From positions 96,001-160,000 of the forward strand of contig CAWDGJ010000007.1 in assembly GCA_963801815.1 (NCBI GenBank): a stretch of 64,000 nucleotides of DNA. Direction: 5' to 3'. Origin of the DNA: an uncultured Verrucomicrobiae bacterium. GTDB lineage: Bacteria; Verrucomicrobiota; Verrucomicrobiia; Chthoniobacterales; UBA10450. Numbering within the stretch: the stretch's first letter is position 1; every line of letters starts with the position of its first letter. The notes beneath the pieces were generated by a model. It ran no database searches. It saw only the letters and a list, made by a program, of their open reading frames with translations, and had not been told where the DNA came from. This document shows, one piece after another, positions 10,565 through 19,696 of the stretch. The position numbers and the translations under genes are program-made.

Positions 10565-10645
10565 ACCACGAAGAGCGTGAACAACACGAAGCATGTCTTT
10601 CGTCGGCGGCGCAATTTTCGTCGTGCCTTCGCGTCCTTCGTGATT
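10565..10645. repeat. Empty inverted ~9-nt tandem-repeat element
   Basis: Left CACGAAGAG-CGTGAACAA-CACGAAGCA; right TCGTGCC-TTCGCGTCC-TTCGTGATT (inverted); between divergent rnhC and mutY. Confidence 0.65.
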
Positions 10646-10656
10646 CAATCGGTTGC

Positions 10657-11634
10657 GTGATTCGTTCGGAATTTCGGCGTCATCTGCTGCGTTGGTATGG
10701 CAAAAACGGCCGCGACCTTCCCTGGCGGCAAACGCGCGACCCGTATGCTGTCCTCGTTTCCGAATTTATGCTTCAACAAACCCAGGTCGCTACCGTCCTG
10801 CCTTACTATAAAGATTGGCTGCGGCGATTCCCGACTTTTGCCGAGCTGGCCGACGCGTCGGAGAACGATGTTCTGCACGCCTGGCAGGGCCTCGGCTACT
10901 ACGCCCGCGCCCGGAATCTGCGCGCGACCGCCAGGCTCATTATGAGCCAACATCGCGGACACTTTCCGCGGGCGATCGCCAAAATACGGGAGCTTCCCGG
11001 TATCGGAAAATATACTGCTCACGCGATCGCAACATTCGCGTTCGACCAGACCGTGCCAATTGTCGAAGCAAACGTCTCGCGCGTTCTGAGTCGCGTTTTC
11101 GATCTGAGAAAGCCGATCGATTTGACGAACGGACGGAATGCCCTTTGGAATCATGCGGCCTCGCTTGTGCCGAAAAGGTCCGCCGCGCGATACAATTCCG
11201 CACTGCTCGATCTCGGCGCGCTAATTTGCTTACCGCGCAATCCGAAATGCGGAATCTGCCCGGTGAAGAATTTGTGCTGCGCCAAAGATCCTGAGTTACT
11301 GCCGATAAAACGATGTCAGCCCGCAATCAAGCGCTTGATTGAGCGGCATGCTCTCATCGTCAGGCAACATAAAATCCTGCTGGAGTCGGCCGAGCATCGC
11401 TGGCGCGGAATGTGGATCCTTCCACAGCACAACGGCGGCTCCAGAATGAACCCCGCGATTCATGAATCGGTGTTTCCGTTCACTAACCACCGGATCACTT
11501 TGCAGGTCTTTCCGGCGCGTGCTTACAAGATCGGCAACCGCCGGGCGCGCTGGTTTAGCCGCCGCCGCCTTCAGTCGATCCCCATTCCATCGCCGCATCG
11601 CCGCGCAATTGAACAACTCCTGGCGAACGCCTAA
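10657..11634 (+). CDS. mutY: A/G-specific adenine glycosylase MutY
   Basis: [27 protein letters not shown], Hh[10 protein letters not shown], Fe-S motif [17 protein letters not shown]. Confidence 0.95.
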   Translation: MIRSEFRRHLLRWYGKNGRDLPWRQTRDPYAVLVSEFMLQQTQVATVLPYYKDWLRRFPTFAELADASENDVLHAWQGLGYYARARNLRATARLIMSQHRGHFPRAIAKIRELPGIGKYTAHAIATFAFDQTVPIVEANVSRVLSRVFDLRKPIDLTNGRNALWNHAASLVPKRSAARYNSALLDLGALICLPRNPKCGICPVKNLCCAKDPELLPIKRCQPAIKRLIERHALIVRQHKILLESAEHRWRGMWILPQHNGGSRMNPAIHESVFPFTNHRITLQVFPARAYKIGNRRARWFSRRRLQSIPIPSPHRRAIEQLLANA

Positions 11635-11642
11635 CTTCGCGC

Positions 11643-12854
11643 GTGAGTAAGACCGACACGCTTCCAGACGTTCACGGCCACTTCGGGCCTTACGGTGGAA
11701 TGTTTGTGCCCGAAACGCTCATGTCGGCCCTTCACGATTTGGCAGATGAATACGAGCGCGCCAAGAACGACAAAACGTTTCAAAGTGAACTGTCAATACT
11801 GCTCCGTGATTTCGCTGGGCGCCCGACGCCCCTTTACTTCGCGGAACGCCTGACGAATCGGTTCGACGGGCCAAAAATTTACCTCAAGCGCGAGGACCTG
11901 CTTCATACCGGGGCGCACAAGATCAACAACGCGCTCGGGCAAATCCTGCTGGCGCGGCGAATGGGCAAGCGCCGCATCATCGCCGAGACCGGCGCCGGCC
12001 AACATGGCGTCGCGACGGCCACGGTAGCTGCGCGCTTCGGTTGCGAATGCGTCGTTTACATGGGGAAGGTCGACATGAAACGGCAGGCGTTGAACGTCGC
12101 ACGAATGAAATTTCTCGGCGCACAAGTTGTTCCGGTCACGGCCGGCCAGGCGACACTCAAGGAAGCGATCAATGAGGCAATGCGTGATTGGGTCACCAAC
12201 GTCCGGACCACTCATTATATATTGGGCTCGGCCCTCGGTTCGCATCCCTACCCCATGATGGTGCGCGATTTTCAGAGCATTATCGGCGTCGAAGCGCGCC
12301 GGCAAATTCTCGAGCGCGAAAAACGTCTGCCCGATTTGCTGATGGCCTGTGTTGGTGGCGGAAGCAACGCCATCGGCTTGTTCTATCCATTCTTGAAAGA
12401 CCGAAATGTCCGAATGATCGGCGTCGAAGCCGGAGGTGAAGGAATTCGCAGCGGCAAACACGCCGCGCGTTTCCAAGGCGGCCGACTGGGCGTGCTCCAG
12501 GGAACAAAGACTTTTTTGCTGGCAAACGACGAAGGCCAGATCGAGCTGACCCATTCGGTCTCGGCCGGCCTCGATTATGCAGCAGTCGGCCCTGAACATT
12601 CGTACTTACGCGATCTGGGCCGGGTGGAATATACTTACGCGACCGATGATGAAGCCCTTAGCGCATTCAAGATTCTTTCCGAAACGGAAGGAATTATTCC
12701 CGCGCTCGAAACCGCGCACGCCATCGCGCACTTGGCGAAAGCCGCACCGAAGATGAAATCGAACGAAATAGTCATCTTGAATTGCTCTGGCCGCGGCGAC
12801 AAAGATGTCGATCAAGCAGCGGCCGCGTTCGGCATCATGGAGAAATCGAAATGA
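11643..12854 (+). CDS. trpB: Tryptophan synthase beta chain
   Basis: [32 protein letters not shown] motifs. Confidence 0.97.
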   Translation: MSKTDTLPDVHGHFGPYGGMFVPETLMSALHDLADEYERAKNDKTFQSELSILLRDFAGRPTPLYFAERLTNRFDGPKIYLKREDLLHTGAHKINNALGQILLARRMGKRRIIAETGAGQHGVATATVAARFGCECVVYMGKVDMKRQALNVARMKFLGAQVVPVTAGQATLKEAINEAMRDWVTNVRTTHYILGSALGSHPYPMMVRDFQSIIGVEARRQILEREKRLPDLLMACVGGGSNAIGLFYPFLKDRNVRMIGVEAGGEGIRSGKHAARFQGGRLGVLQGTKTFLLANDEGQIELTHSVSAGLDYAAVGPEHSYLRDLGRVEYTYATDDEALSAFKILSETEGIIPALETAHAIAHLAKAAPKMKSNEIVILNCSGRGDKDVDQAAAAFGIMEKSK

Positions 12855-13726
12855 GATCGATGACCGGATACGGCCACGGCGAGACCGACCACAGCGGCAC
12901 GAAGTTCACCGTCGAGCTCAATTCGGTGAATCGAAAGCAAAGCGATATCGTAGTCAATCTGCCGCGCGATCTCGTTTCTCTTGAGCCACAGATTCGCCAG
13001 ACGATTAACGAAAATATTTCGCGCGGACGAACGACCGTTGTGGTCAGTTATCATAACGGTTCCGGCGCGGCGCGAAAATTGGCCCTCGATGTCGATCTTG
13101 CCCGCTCTTATCACGACGCGATGCGCGCGCTTCAAAAGGAATTGAATGCGCCGGGCGAAATCACCATCGGCTCGATCTTGCAAGCACCAGGGGTAATGCG
13201 AACGCCCGAGGAATCGTTCGACTCCAGTGAGGCGTGGCCGGCGATCGACCGGGCGCTGCGAGCCGCGCTTAATGAGTTAATCAAAATGCGCGAACGCGAA
13301 GGTAAACATCTCGCCAAGGATTTGATTCGCCGCCTGAAAGCGATGCGCAAGCAAATCAAGGAGATCCGCGGAATGCATCCAGACGTTGTCAAAAAATACC
13401 GGGCCGCGCTGCTCGAGCGCATTCAAAAAGCCGGGCTGCCAATTTCGACGGACGACGACAGACTGGTAAAAGAAATCTCGTTCTTTGCCGACCGCTCCGA
13501 CGTTTCGGAAGAACTGACGCGCGTCGAGAGTCACCTTGCGCAGTTCGCGCATCATCTCCGCCGGCACGAACCGGTCGGGCGCACGCTCGAGTTTATTACC
13601 CAGGAGATCTTTCGCGAACTGAACACTCTGGGCGCGAAAGCGAATGATGCCGGCATCTCGCAGCGAGTCGTCGCTTGCAAAGCCGAACTGGAAAAAATCC
13701 GCGAGCAAATTCAAAACCTTGAATAG
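12851..13726 (+). CDS. yicC: YicC/YloC-family endoribonuclease
   Basis: MRSMTGYG start overlapping trpB stop (ATGA); [21 protein letters not shown] and [12 protein letters not shown]-terminus. Confidence 0.93.
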   Translation: MRSMTGYGHGETDHSGTKFTVELNSVNRKQSDIVVNLPRDLVSLEPQIRQTINENISRGRTTVVVSYHNGSGAARKLALDVDLARSYHDAMRALQKELNAPGEITIGSILQAPGVMRTPEESFDSSEAWPAIDRALRAALNELIKMREREGKHLAKDLIRRLKAMRKQIKEIRGMHPDVVKKYRAALLERIQKAGLPISTDDDRLVKEISFFADRSDVSEELTRVESHLAQFAHHLRRHEPVGRTLEFITQEIFRELNTLGAKANDAGISQRVVACKAELEKIREQIQNLE

Positions 13727-14330
13727 TCGATTCACCCGTAACGGAATCCTATTTGTGCTTTCCGCTCCGTCGGGCGCTGGAAAAACAACCCTTTTGGAGG
13801 CCGTCCGGAAGACGTCGGAGTTCATTTACTTAGTCTCATGCACTACGCGACCCGCGCGAGCGGGCGAAGCAGAAGGCGAAGACTACCTATTCTTATCGGA
13901 AAAAGAATTCCAAGCCCGCGCGAAAGCGGGCGAGTTTTTGGAACATGCAACCGTGCACGGTTATCAATATGGAACGCTTTTGCGCCCGATTGTGGAAAAT
14001 CTAAGCAATGGCCGCGATGTTTTGATCGACATCGACACCCAAGGAGCTGCCACCATTCGTAATTCCAAAGACGAATCTATCCGGAACGCCCTCGCCGATA
14101 TTTTCCTAATGCCGCCGAACGTGGACGAACTGCGCCGACGCCTGACAAAGCGCGGCACCGAAACTGCCGAGCAAATTGAAACTCGTTTGGCCAATGCGAT
14201 CCGCGAAATGGAATTGTGGCCGCACTACCGCTACACGATTATTAGTCGGACAACCGAGGAGGACTTGCAGAAATTTCGACACATCATGAATGCCGAGCGA
14301 TATTTGAGCCGGCGCTTGATCCAAAAATAA
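13719..14330 (+). CDS. gmk: Guanylate kinase
   Basis: SAPSGAGKTT P-loop; SCTTRPARAGE; DIDTQGA; probable TTG start overlapping yicC. Confidence 0.95.
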   Translation: MNSRFTRNGILFVLSAPSGAGKTTLLEAVRKTSEFIYLVSCTTRPARAGEAEGEDYLFLSEKEFQARAKAGEFLEHATVHGYQYGTLLRPIVENLSNGRDVLIDIDTQGAATIRNSKDESIRNALADIFLMPPNVDELRRRLTKRGTETAEQIETRLANAIREMELWPHYRYTIISRTTEEDLQKFRHIMNAERYLSRRLIQK

Positions 14331-14343
14331 TTGTCGATCCTCG

Positions 14344-14967
14344 ATGAAAAGAAATTCCAACCGACAGGCTGAAAAAAGCGGTTCGCGCAAAGTGGTGCGA
14401 ATGCGAGACGGCGGAAAAACGATCGTCCTCGGCGTGACCGGTTCGATCGCGGCCTACAAATCGGCTGAGCTGGCGAGTCTGCTCGTGAAACAAGGACACG
14501 CTGTTTTCGCCGTAATGACCCACGACGCGACGGAGTTCATCACGCCGCTGACGTTGCAAACGCTTTCCAAGAATCCGGTAATGACGAGCTTCTTCGACGA
14601 GAAAGAAAACTGGCGACCGGGACATATCGAACTGGCCGATCGTGCGAATCTTTTACTGATTGCGCCTGCGACTGCAAATGTCATCGCTGAGCTCGCCCAT
14701 GGCTTGGCGAATCACCCTCTCGCCGCAATCGGCCTTGCCACCCGCGCGCCAATTCTTATCGCGCCGGCGATGAACGGCAAAATGTGGTCCCATCCGGCGA
14801 CGGTCGAGAACGTGGCGAAACTAAAATCGCGCGGCGTGGAATTCATCGGACCGGAAGAAGGTATGTTGGCCTGCGGTTACGAAGGCCTCGGTCGCCTTTG
14901 GAAAATCGAGGACATTGCCTTTCGCGCGGAATTTCTGCTCGCGCGTCAGGAAAATCTTATCGCGTGA
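14344..14967 (+). CDS. coaC: Phosphopantothenoylcysteine decarboxylase (stand-alone)
   Basis: GVTGSIAAYK, APATAN, APAMN, LACGYEGLGRL; start may be 14401. Confidence 0.9.
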   Translation: MKRNSNRQAEKSGSRKVVRMRDGGKTIVLGVTGSIAAYKSAELASLLVKQGHAVFAVMTHDATEFITPLTLQTLSKNPVMTSFFDEKENWRPGHIELADRANLLLIAPATANVIAELAHGLANHPLAAIGLATRAPILIAPAMNGKMWSHPATVENVAKLKSRGVEFIGPEEGMLACGYEGLGRLWKIEDIAFRAEFLLARQENLIA

Positions 14968-15611
14968 GATTTCTCATCACGGCCGGGCCCACGCGCGAGC
15001 CGATCGATCCTGTTCGCTACCTCAGTAATCGCTCGTCCGGCAAAATGGGCTACGCAATCGCGGAAGCAGCACTCGAAGCGGGTCACGAAGTTGTTTTGAT
15101 CTCCGGACCGGTCAATATCGATCCACCAAAAGGCGCCCAATTGGTTAGCGTTTCCACAGGCGATGAAATGTTCGACGCAGTCCATCAACGCGTCCGCTAT
15201 TGCGATGTGCTCGTGATGTCGGCGGCGGTTGCGGATTACAAGCCGGCAAAGACCTCCAGAGACAAAATCAAAAAGCGTGACGCAAATCTTTCCCTCGAAT
15301 TAATCCCGACACGCGACATTCTCGCGTCGCTCCCGAAAGAAGATCGACAATATCTTGTTGTCGGTTTCGCTGCTGAAACGGAAAACATCCAACCGAACGC
15401 ACTGGAAAAACTTCGAGAAAAGAATTGCGACGCAATCGTTGCAAACGATGCCCGCATCGCCATGGAGAGCGACGAAAACGAAGTCATCATTTTCTTTCGC
15501 GACGGCAAAAAAGAAACAATTTCTCGCGCATCAAAGAAAATTATCGCGCGCGAGCTGGTAAAGATTTTTGAAAATGTTCGTGAAAAATGTTTGACAAAGA
15601 AAATCACGTGA
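14964..15611 (+). CDS. coaB: Phosphopantothenate-cysteine ligase (stand-alone)
   Basis: GTG start in GTGA overlap; LITAGPTREPIDPVRYLSNRSSGKMG, AAVADY, VGFAAET. Confidence 0.9.
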   Translation: MRFLITAGPTREPIDPVRYLSNRSSGKMGYAIAEAALEAGHEVVLISGPVNIDPPKGAQLVSVSTGDEMFDAVHQRVRYCDVLVMSAAVADYKPAKTSRDKIKKRDANLSLELIPTRDILASLPKEDRQYLVVGFAAETENIQPNALEKLREKNCDAIVANDARIAMESDENEVIIFFRDGKKETISRASKKIIARELVKIFENVREKCLTKKIT

Positions 15612-15620
15612 TGAATTCAT
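15591..15620 (+). promoter_or_regulatory. Possible sigma70 promoter for the small basic peptide gene
   Basis: Perfect TTGACA at 15591-15596; -10 only weakly recognisable. Confidence 0.35.
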
Positions 15621-15691
15621 GCGGTAAGTGAAGTCATTCCACTCTTCACGAATTTCCGCGAAAGCGGATTGAAAGGGGGGAATAGAAGTCG

Positions 15692-15751
15692 ATGGCAAAG
15701 AAAAAAAGGAAAGCAGCAAAACGTAAAGCGAAGAAAAGAAAAAGGCATTAA
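15692..15751 (+). CDS. Small Lys/Arg-rich peptide MAKKKRKAAKRKAKKRKRH (19 aa)
   Basis: ATG 15692, TAA 15749-15751; G-rich SD (AAAGGGGGG, 15672-15680); followed by a hairpin and a terminator; absent from the ORF track. Confidence 0.65.
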   Translation: MAKKKRKAAKRKAKKRKRH

Positions 15752-15809
15752 GCGCTTCGCCTAACTCACGACTTCGAAAGTCTTTCGAAGTCACAACCCC
15801 AAAATTCAA

Positions 15810-15846
15810 CCCGGGAGGAGAATTTAGTTTTTCCTCCCGGTTTTTT
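15810..15846 (+). terminator. Rho-independent terminator
   Basis: CCGGGAGGA ... TCCTCCCGG stem followed by TTTTTT. Confidence 0.85.
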
Positions 15847-15848
15847 AT

Positions 15849-15915
15849 GTTGAGGAGTTGAGACCTTGGGGAGTTGAGAAGAAAGTGCTGCGTCTCAACA
15901 GTTCAATATCTTCAT
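15849..15915. repeat. Empty inverted 8-nt tandem-repeat element
   Basis: GTTGAGGA-GTTGAGAC-CTTGGGGA-GTTGAGAA, then inverted degenerate GTCTCAAC-AGTTCAAT-ATCTTCAT ending in the suhB ATG. Confidence 0.55.
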
Positions 15916-16660
15916 GAAGCATTATCTCGATGCCGCTGAGAACGCCGCTCGCAAAGCCGGCGAATCGCTTCGGAAGAATTTTCACCGCTCCCAGCACGTT
16001 AACGCGGCGCTTCCGCACGACATTAAACTCGCGATCGATGTCCAGACACAGGAGCTCATCACCAAAACGTTGCTGAAGCAATTTCCCGAACACGCGCTTT
16101 ACGGCGAAGAAGGAATCGTCGGCGACCAATCGAGCGAGCATCAGTGGGTTGTCGATCCGCTCGACGGTACAGTGAATTATTTTTACCAGATCCCCCACTT
16201 CTGCGTTTCGATTGCGCTTCGCTGGAAAGGCGAGATCATCGTCGGTGTGATTTACGACCCGATGCGCGATGAGATGTGGAGCGCGCAAAAAGGAGAAAAA
16301 CCGCGGCTCAATGGTCAGCATTTCCGAGTGAGCGATCGCTCGGAATTGTCCGAAGCAGTGGTTTCGGTTGGTCTCGCGAAGACTGACAAGTCGATCGATT
16401 CCAATCTGCCATTGTTCGAGGCAATGATTCATCGGGTCCGTAAGTGCCGCGTGCTCGGTAGCGCTGCGCTCGATATGGCGTATGTCGCGTGCGGACGCCT
16501 GGACGCTTACATCGAACGCGGAATCAGTTTGTGGGACATCGCCGCTGGATGGATTCTTGTCGAAACTGCCGGCGGCACCGTGGACCTGCGCCCGCGCAAA
16601 GATATGAAAGACAAATACGCCATTGTGGCATCAAATGGTGTGATCGACTTGAAACTGTGA
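15914..16660 (+). CDS. suhB: Inositol monophosphatase family protein
   Basis: GEE, WVVDPLDGTVNY, GSAALDMAYVACG, WDIAAG motifs. Confidence 0.9.
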   Translation: MKHYLDAAENAARKAGESLRKNFHRSQHVNAALPHDIKLAIDVQTQELITKTLLKQFPEHALYGEEGIVGDQSSEHQWVVDPLDGTVNYFYQIPHFCVSIALRWKGEIIVGVIYDPMRDEMWSAQKGEKPRLNGQHFRVSDRSELSEAVVSVGLAKTDKSIDSNLPLFEAMIHRVRKCRVLGSAALDMAYVACGRLDAYIERGISLWDIAAGWILVETAGGTVDLRPRKDMKDKYAIVASNGVIDLKL

Positions 16661-17139
16661 GCACGACACGCTGCGGAATCGGTTACGACATTCATCGACT
16701 CGGCCAGAATCGAAAACTGATTTTGGGAGGCGTCGAAATCCCCTACCTGCTCGGGCTCGAAGGTCATTCGGATGCGGATGTTTTGTCGCACGCGATCGCG
16801 GATGCATTGCTTGGCGCGATCTGCGCGGGCGACATCGGCCAACATTTTCCGAACACCGATGAATCCATTCGAGGCATCAGCAGCGCCGAGATCTTGAAGC
16901 GCGTCAGTCAAATGCTCGCTGACAAGAAAACTCGGATCGTCAATATCGATGCGACTATAATTGCGGAGGCCCCAAAACTCGCTCCGCAAGTCCCCGAGAT
17001 GCGAAAGAAACTCGCCGCGACACTGGGAATTGCCGATTTGCAAGTAAGCATCAAGGCGACGACGAACGAGCGTTTGGGCCCGATCGGCCGCGGCGAAGGG
17101 ATTTCCGCAATGGCGGTCGCGACGGTCGAGCAAGATTAG
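16657..17139 (+). CDS. ispF: 2-C-methyl-D-erythritol 2,4-cyclodiphosphate synthase
   Basis: GIGYDIHRL, GHSDADVLSHA, GDIGQHFP, KATTNE; GTG start in GTGA overlap. Confidence 0.96.
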   Translation: MSTTRCGIGYDIHRLGQNRKLILGGVEIPYLLGLEGHSDADVLSHAIADALLGAICAGDIGQHFPNTDESIRGISSAEILKRVSQMLADKKTRIVNIDATIIAEAPKLAPQVPEMRKKLAATLGIADLQVSIKATTNERLGPIGRGEGISAMAVATVEQD

Positions 17140-17145
17140 TTCAGT

Positions 17146-17318
17146 TGTCATTCCGAGCGAAGTCGAGGAATCTCTTGCTATTGTCTGGCTTTCATTGCTC
17201 AGAAATATCTAGAGATGTCTCCCATTCGATTCGCTTCGCTCGCTCAGGGCAGGCTCACATCATGGCGGCTTCGCCGCTGTCAATTGGATGCAACGTCACG
17301 TTGCCGCTCGACATGACA
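17146..17318. repeat. Palindromic MITE-like repeat with nested insertion
   Basis: Arms TGTCATTCCGAGCGAAGTCGAGGAATCTC and GAGATGTCTC[...]CGCTCGACATGACA; right arm interrupted by ~83 nt containing further hairpins. Confidence 0.75.
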
Positions 17319-17322
17319 AAAA

Positions 17323-18734
17323 ATGCCGCTCAGATTCTTTAACACTTATTCTCGAGAGCTCGAGGATTTCGCTCCCCGCGAAAACAAAAAGGTCGGCATG
17401 TACACCTGCGGACCGACGGTTTACAGCCGCGCGCACATTGGAAATTTCCGCGCTTACATTTTCGAGGATCTGCTTCAGCGTCATCTCGAAGCGCGGGGAT
17501 TCAGTGTTCACCGGGTGATGAACATTACCGACGTGGACGACAAGACGATTCGCGGCGCCCGCGAAGCGAACGTCCCGCTTCAAAAATTCACCCAACAGTT
17601 CAAGGACGCGTTCTTCGAAGACGCCGACACATTGCGCATCAAACCTGCGGACGAATACCCGTCGGCTACCGACCAGCGTTACATCGACAAGATGATCGCG
17701 ATGATCACCGCACTGATTTCAAAAGGCCTCGCTTACCAGGCCGACGACAAATCGGTTTACTACCGAATCAACAAGTTCCCCAATTACGGCAAACTCGCGC
17801 ATCTCGACCTCGCCGAACTGCAACCGACCGGGCGCGTTCAGCATGACGAGTACGACAAGGAACACATCGGCGATTTCGCCTTGTGGAAGGCCTGGGACGA
17901 AGACGATGGCGATGTGAAATGGGATTCACCGTGGGGACCCGGGCGGCCGGGCTGGCACATCGAGTGCAGCGCGATGGCGACCGCATTGCTCGGCAGACCA
18001 GATCGACATTCACTGCGGCGGCGTGGACAACATTTTCCCGCATCACGAAGCGGAGATCGCGCAAAGCGAAGGCGTGACCGGGAAAAAATTCGTGAACTAC
18101 TGGCTGCACTGCGCGCACTTGCTGGTCGACGGCCAGAAAATGGCGAAGTCGCTCGGCAATTTTTACACCGTGCCCGACGTGCTCGAGAAAGGCTACACCG
18201 GACGCGAGCTTCGTTACGCGCTGATGCGGGTCCATTATCGGACGCAATTGAATTTCACCTGGGACGGAATGAAGGAAGCGCGCGAGTCGCTTGGTCGCAT
18301 TGACGACTGGCTGGAACGAATGCGTGAAACCGCAGCAAACGCCGAACATCCAACGCCGAAGGCGCAACCTCCAATTGGACCTGAGTTCGAAGATGCGCTT
18401 GATGATGATCTGAATATTTCCGCGGCTCTCGGATTTTTGTTTGAAACGATTCGCGAAACGAATCGCGCGATGGACGAAAACAAACTCGACGCGAAGTCCG
18501 CGACAGCGTGGCTGGATTGGTGGGATCGAATCAACGCGACGCTCGGATTTCGAAAGCGGTGACGCCGAATTGCCGGAGGAAGTAAAGAAGCTGGCCGACG
18601 CGCGGGCGCAGGCGAGGCTTGCAAAAGATTTTCGAAAAAGCGATGAATTGCGCGACAAACTGAATGCGCTCGGCTGGGAAGCACGCGACACCAAGGATGG
18701 GCAGAAGATTACGCGACGCGCCGGCGCGAAATAG
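17323..18734 (+). CDS. cysS: Cysteine--tRNA ligase (two apparent frameshifts, ~17995 and ~18550)
   Basis: YTCGPTVY..HIGN, GRPGWHIECSAM, FPHHEAEIAQ, KMAKSLGN and anticodon-binding tail spread over three frames. Confidence 0.93.
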
Positions 18735-18737
18735 GAA

Positions 18738-19424
18738 ATGTTTGCGCCCGCACAATTCCTCAGCCTCGAACACACGGCCCACCCGAAGTTGTTCGAAGAC
18801 CAGCAATTCGTCTGGAACGCGCTCAAACAGATCGCGAGCTATTTGCAGTTTCGTTTGAAACCGGCCGTCCTCGGCGATTTGGTTGGCCGTCCGTTCATCA
18901 GCAGCAACGTGTTTGTCGGCCGCGGCACTGTTGTCGAACAAGGCGCGGTGTTGAAGGGACCGGCCTGGATCGGCGAGAACTGTCAGATCCGGAGCGGTTG
19001 TTACGTGCGCGAGAATGTCGTTGTCGGCAACGGCGTGGTGATGGGCAACTCGTGCGAATTCAAAAACAGCATCATCTTCGATGAAGCGCAGATCCCGCAT
19101 TTCAACTACGTGGGCGATTCGATCCTCGGATACAAAGCGCACCTCGGCGCTGGCGTAATCTTGTCGAACGTGAAACTGGATCACACCGAGATCGCGGTCG
19201 CAACAAAAGAAGGCAACATCGCGACCGGCCTGACAAAGTTCGGCGCGATCGTCGGCGATCGAACGGAGATTGGCTGCAACGCGGTGATTAATCCTGGCTC
19301 AGTTCTCGGTCGCGATTGTCTCGTTTATCCGAACGTGAATTTCCGTGGCGTGTTGCCCGAAAGTAGCGTCGTGAAATTGCGGCAGGAAATTCAAATCCTG
19401 GACCGTCTCAGCCGGAGCAAGTAG
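18738..19424 (+). CDS. Stand-alone GlmU-like left-handed beta-helix acyltransferase
   Basis: Hexapeptide repeats; PHFNYVGDSILG, HLGAGVILSN, KFGAIVGD. Confidence 0.8.
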   Translation: MFAPAQFLSLEHTAHPKLFEDQQFVWNALKQIASYLQFRLKPAVLGDLVGRPFISSNVFVGRGTVVEQGAVLKGPAWIGENCQIRSGCYVRENVVVGNGVVMGNSCEFKNSIIFDEAQIPHFNYVGDSILGYKAHLGAGVILSNVKLDHTEIAVATKEGNIATGLTKFGAIVGDRTEIGCNAVINPGSVLGRDCLVYPNVNFRGVLPESSVVKLRQEIQILDRLSRSK

Positions 19425-19529
19425 CGCCCTCGCGCTGTAACACGCTCCACTGGTCGAGCGGCGTTCGAATCTCCATTGTGCGAACGCACCGGGCCCAATT
19501 AGCCGCGCGATTGAATCGAGTCCAGTCAG

Positions 19530-19617
19530 TGGCGGATGGGGAGGGATTCGAACCCTCGGTACCTTTCGGTACACACGCTTTCCAGGCGTGCACAATCGAC
19601 CACTCTGTCACCCATCC
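19530..19617 (-). tRNA. tRNA-Ser(GGA)
   Basis: GGATGGG acceptor stem; anticodon arm CACGC-CTGGAAA-GCGTG; long variable arm GTACC-GAAA-GGTAC; GGTTCGAATCC; encoded CCA. Confidence 0.96.
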
Positions 19618-19630
19618 AAAAATCGACGGC

Positions 19631-19696
19631 AACTGTAGCGCGGCCTGCGACCGTCGCATTCATTTTCCGACGCTCATAAGAGCGACGCGGACAGTT
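19631..19696. repeat. REP-like palindrome, family A (degenerate)
   Basis: AACTGTAGCGCGGCCTGCGACCGTCG ... CGACGCTCATAAGAGCGACGCGGACAGTT; resembles 34760-34825. Confidence 0.65.

Noticed and set aside
15692..15751. Identifying the basic peptide as the known PVC signature small basic protein or a named ribosomal protein
   Set aside because: Much shorter, and only compositional similarity; no specific motif supports a name
17323..18734. Pseudogenisation or programmed frameshifting of cysS (also gcvT, ppdK, rodA)
   Set aside because: Essential or conserved genes with intact motifs, no internal stops once shifted and no consistent slippery motif; sequencing error is simpler
19455..19530. GTTCGAATCTCC near tRNA-Ser as a second tRNA or an att site of an island
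   Set aside because: No cloverleaf; orientation is inverted relative to the tRNA; no integrase or direct repeat of the tRNA 3' end
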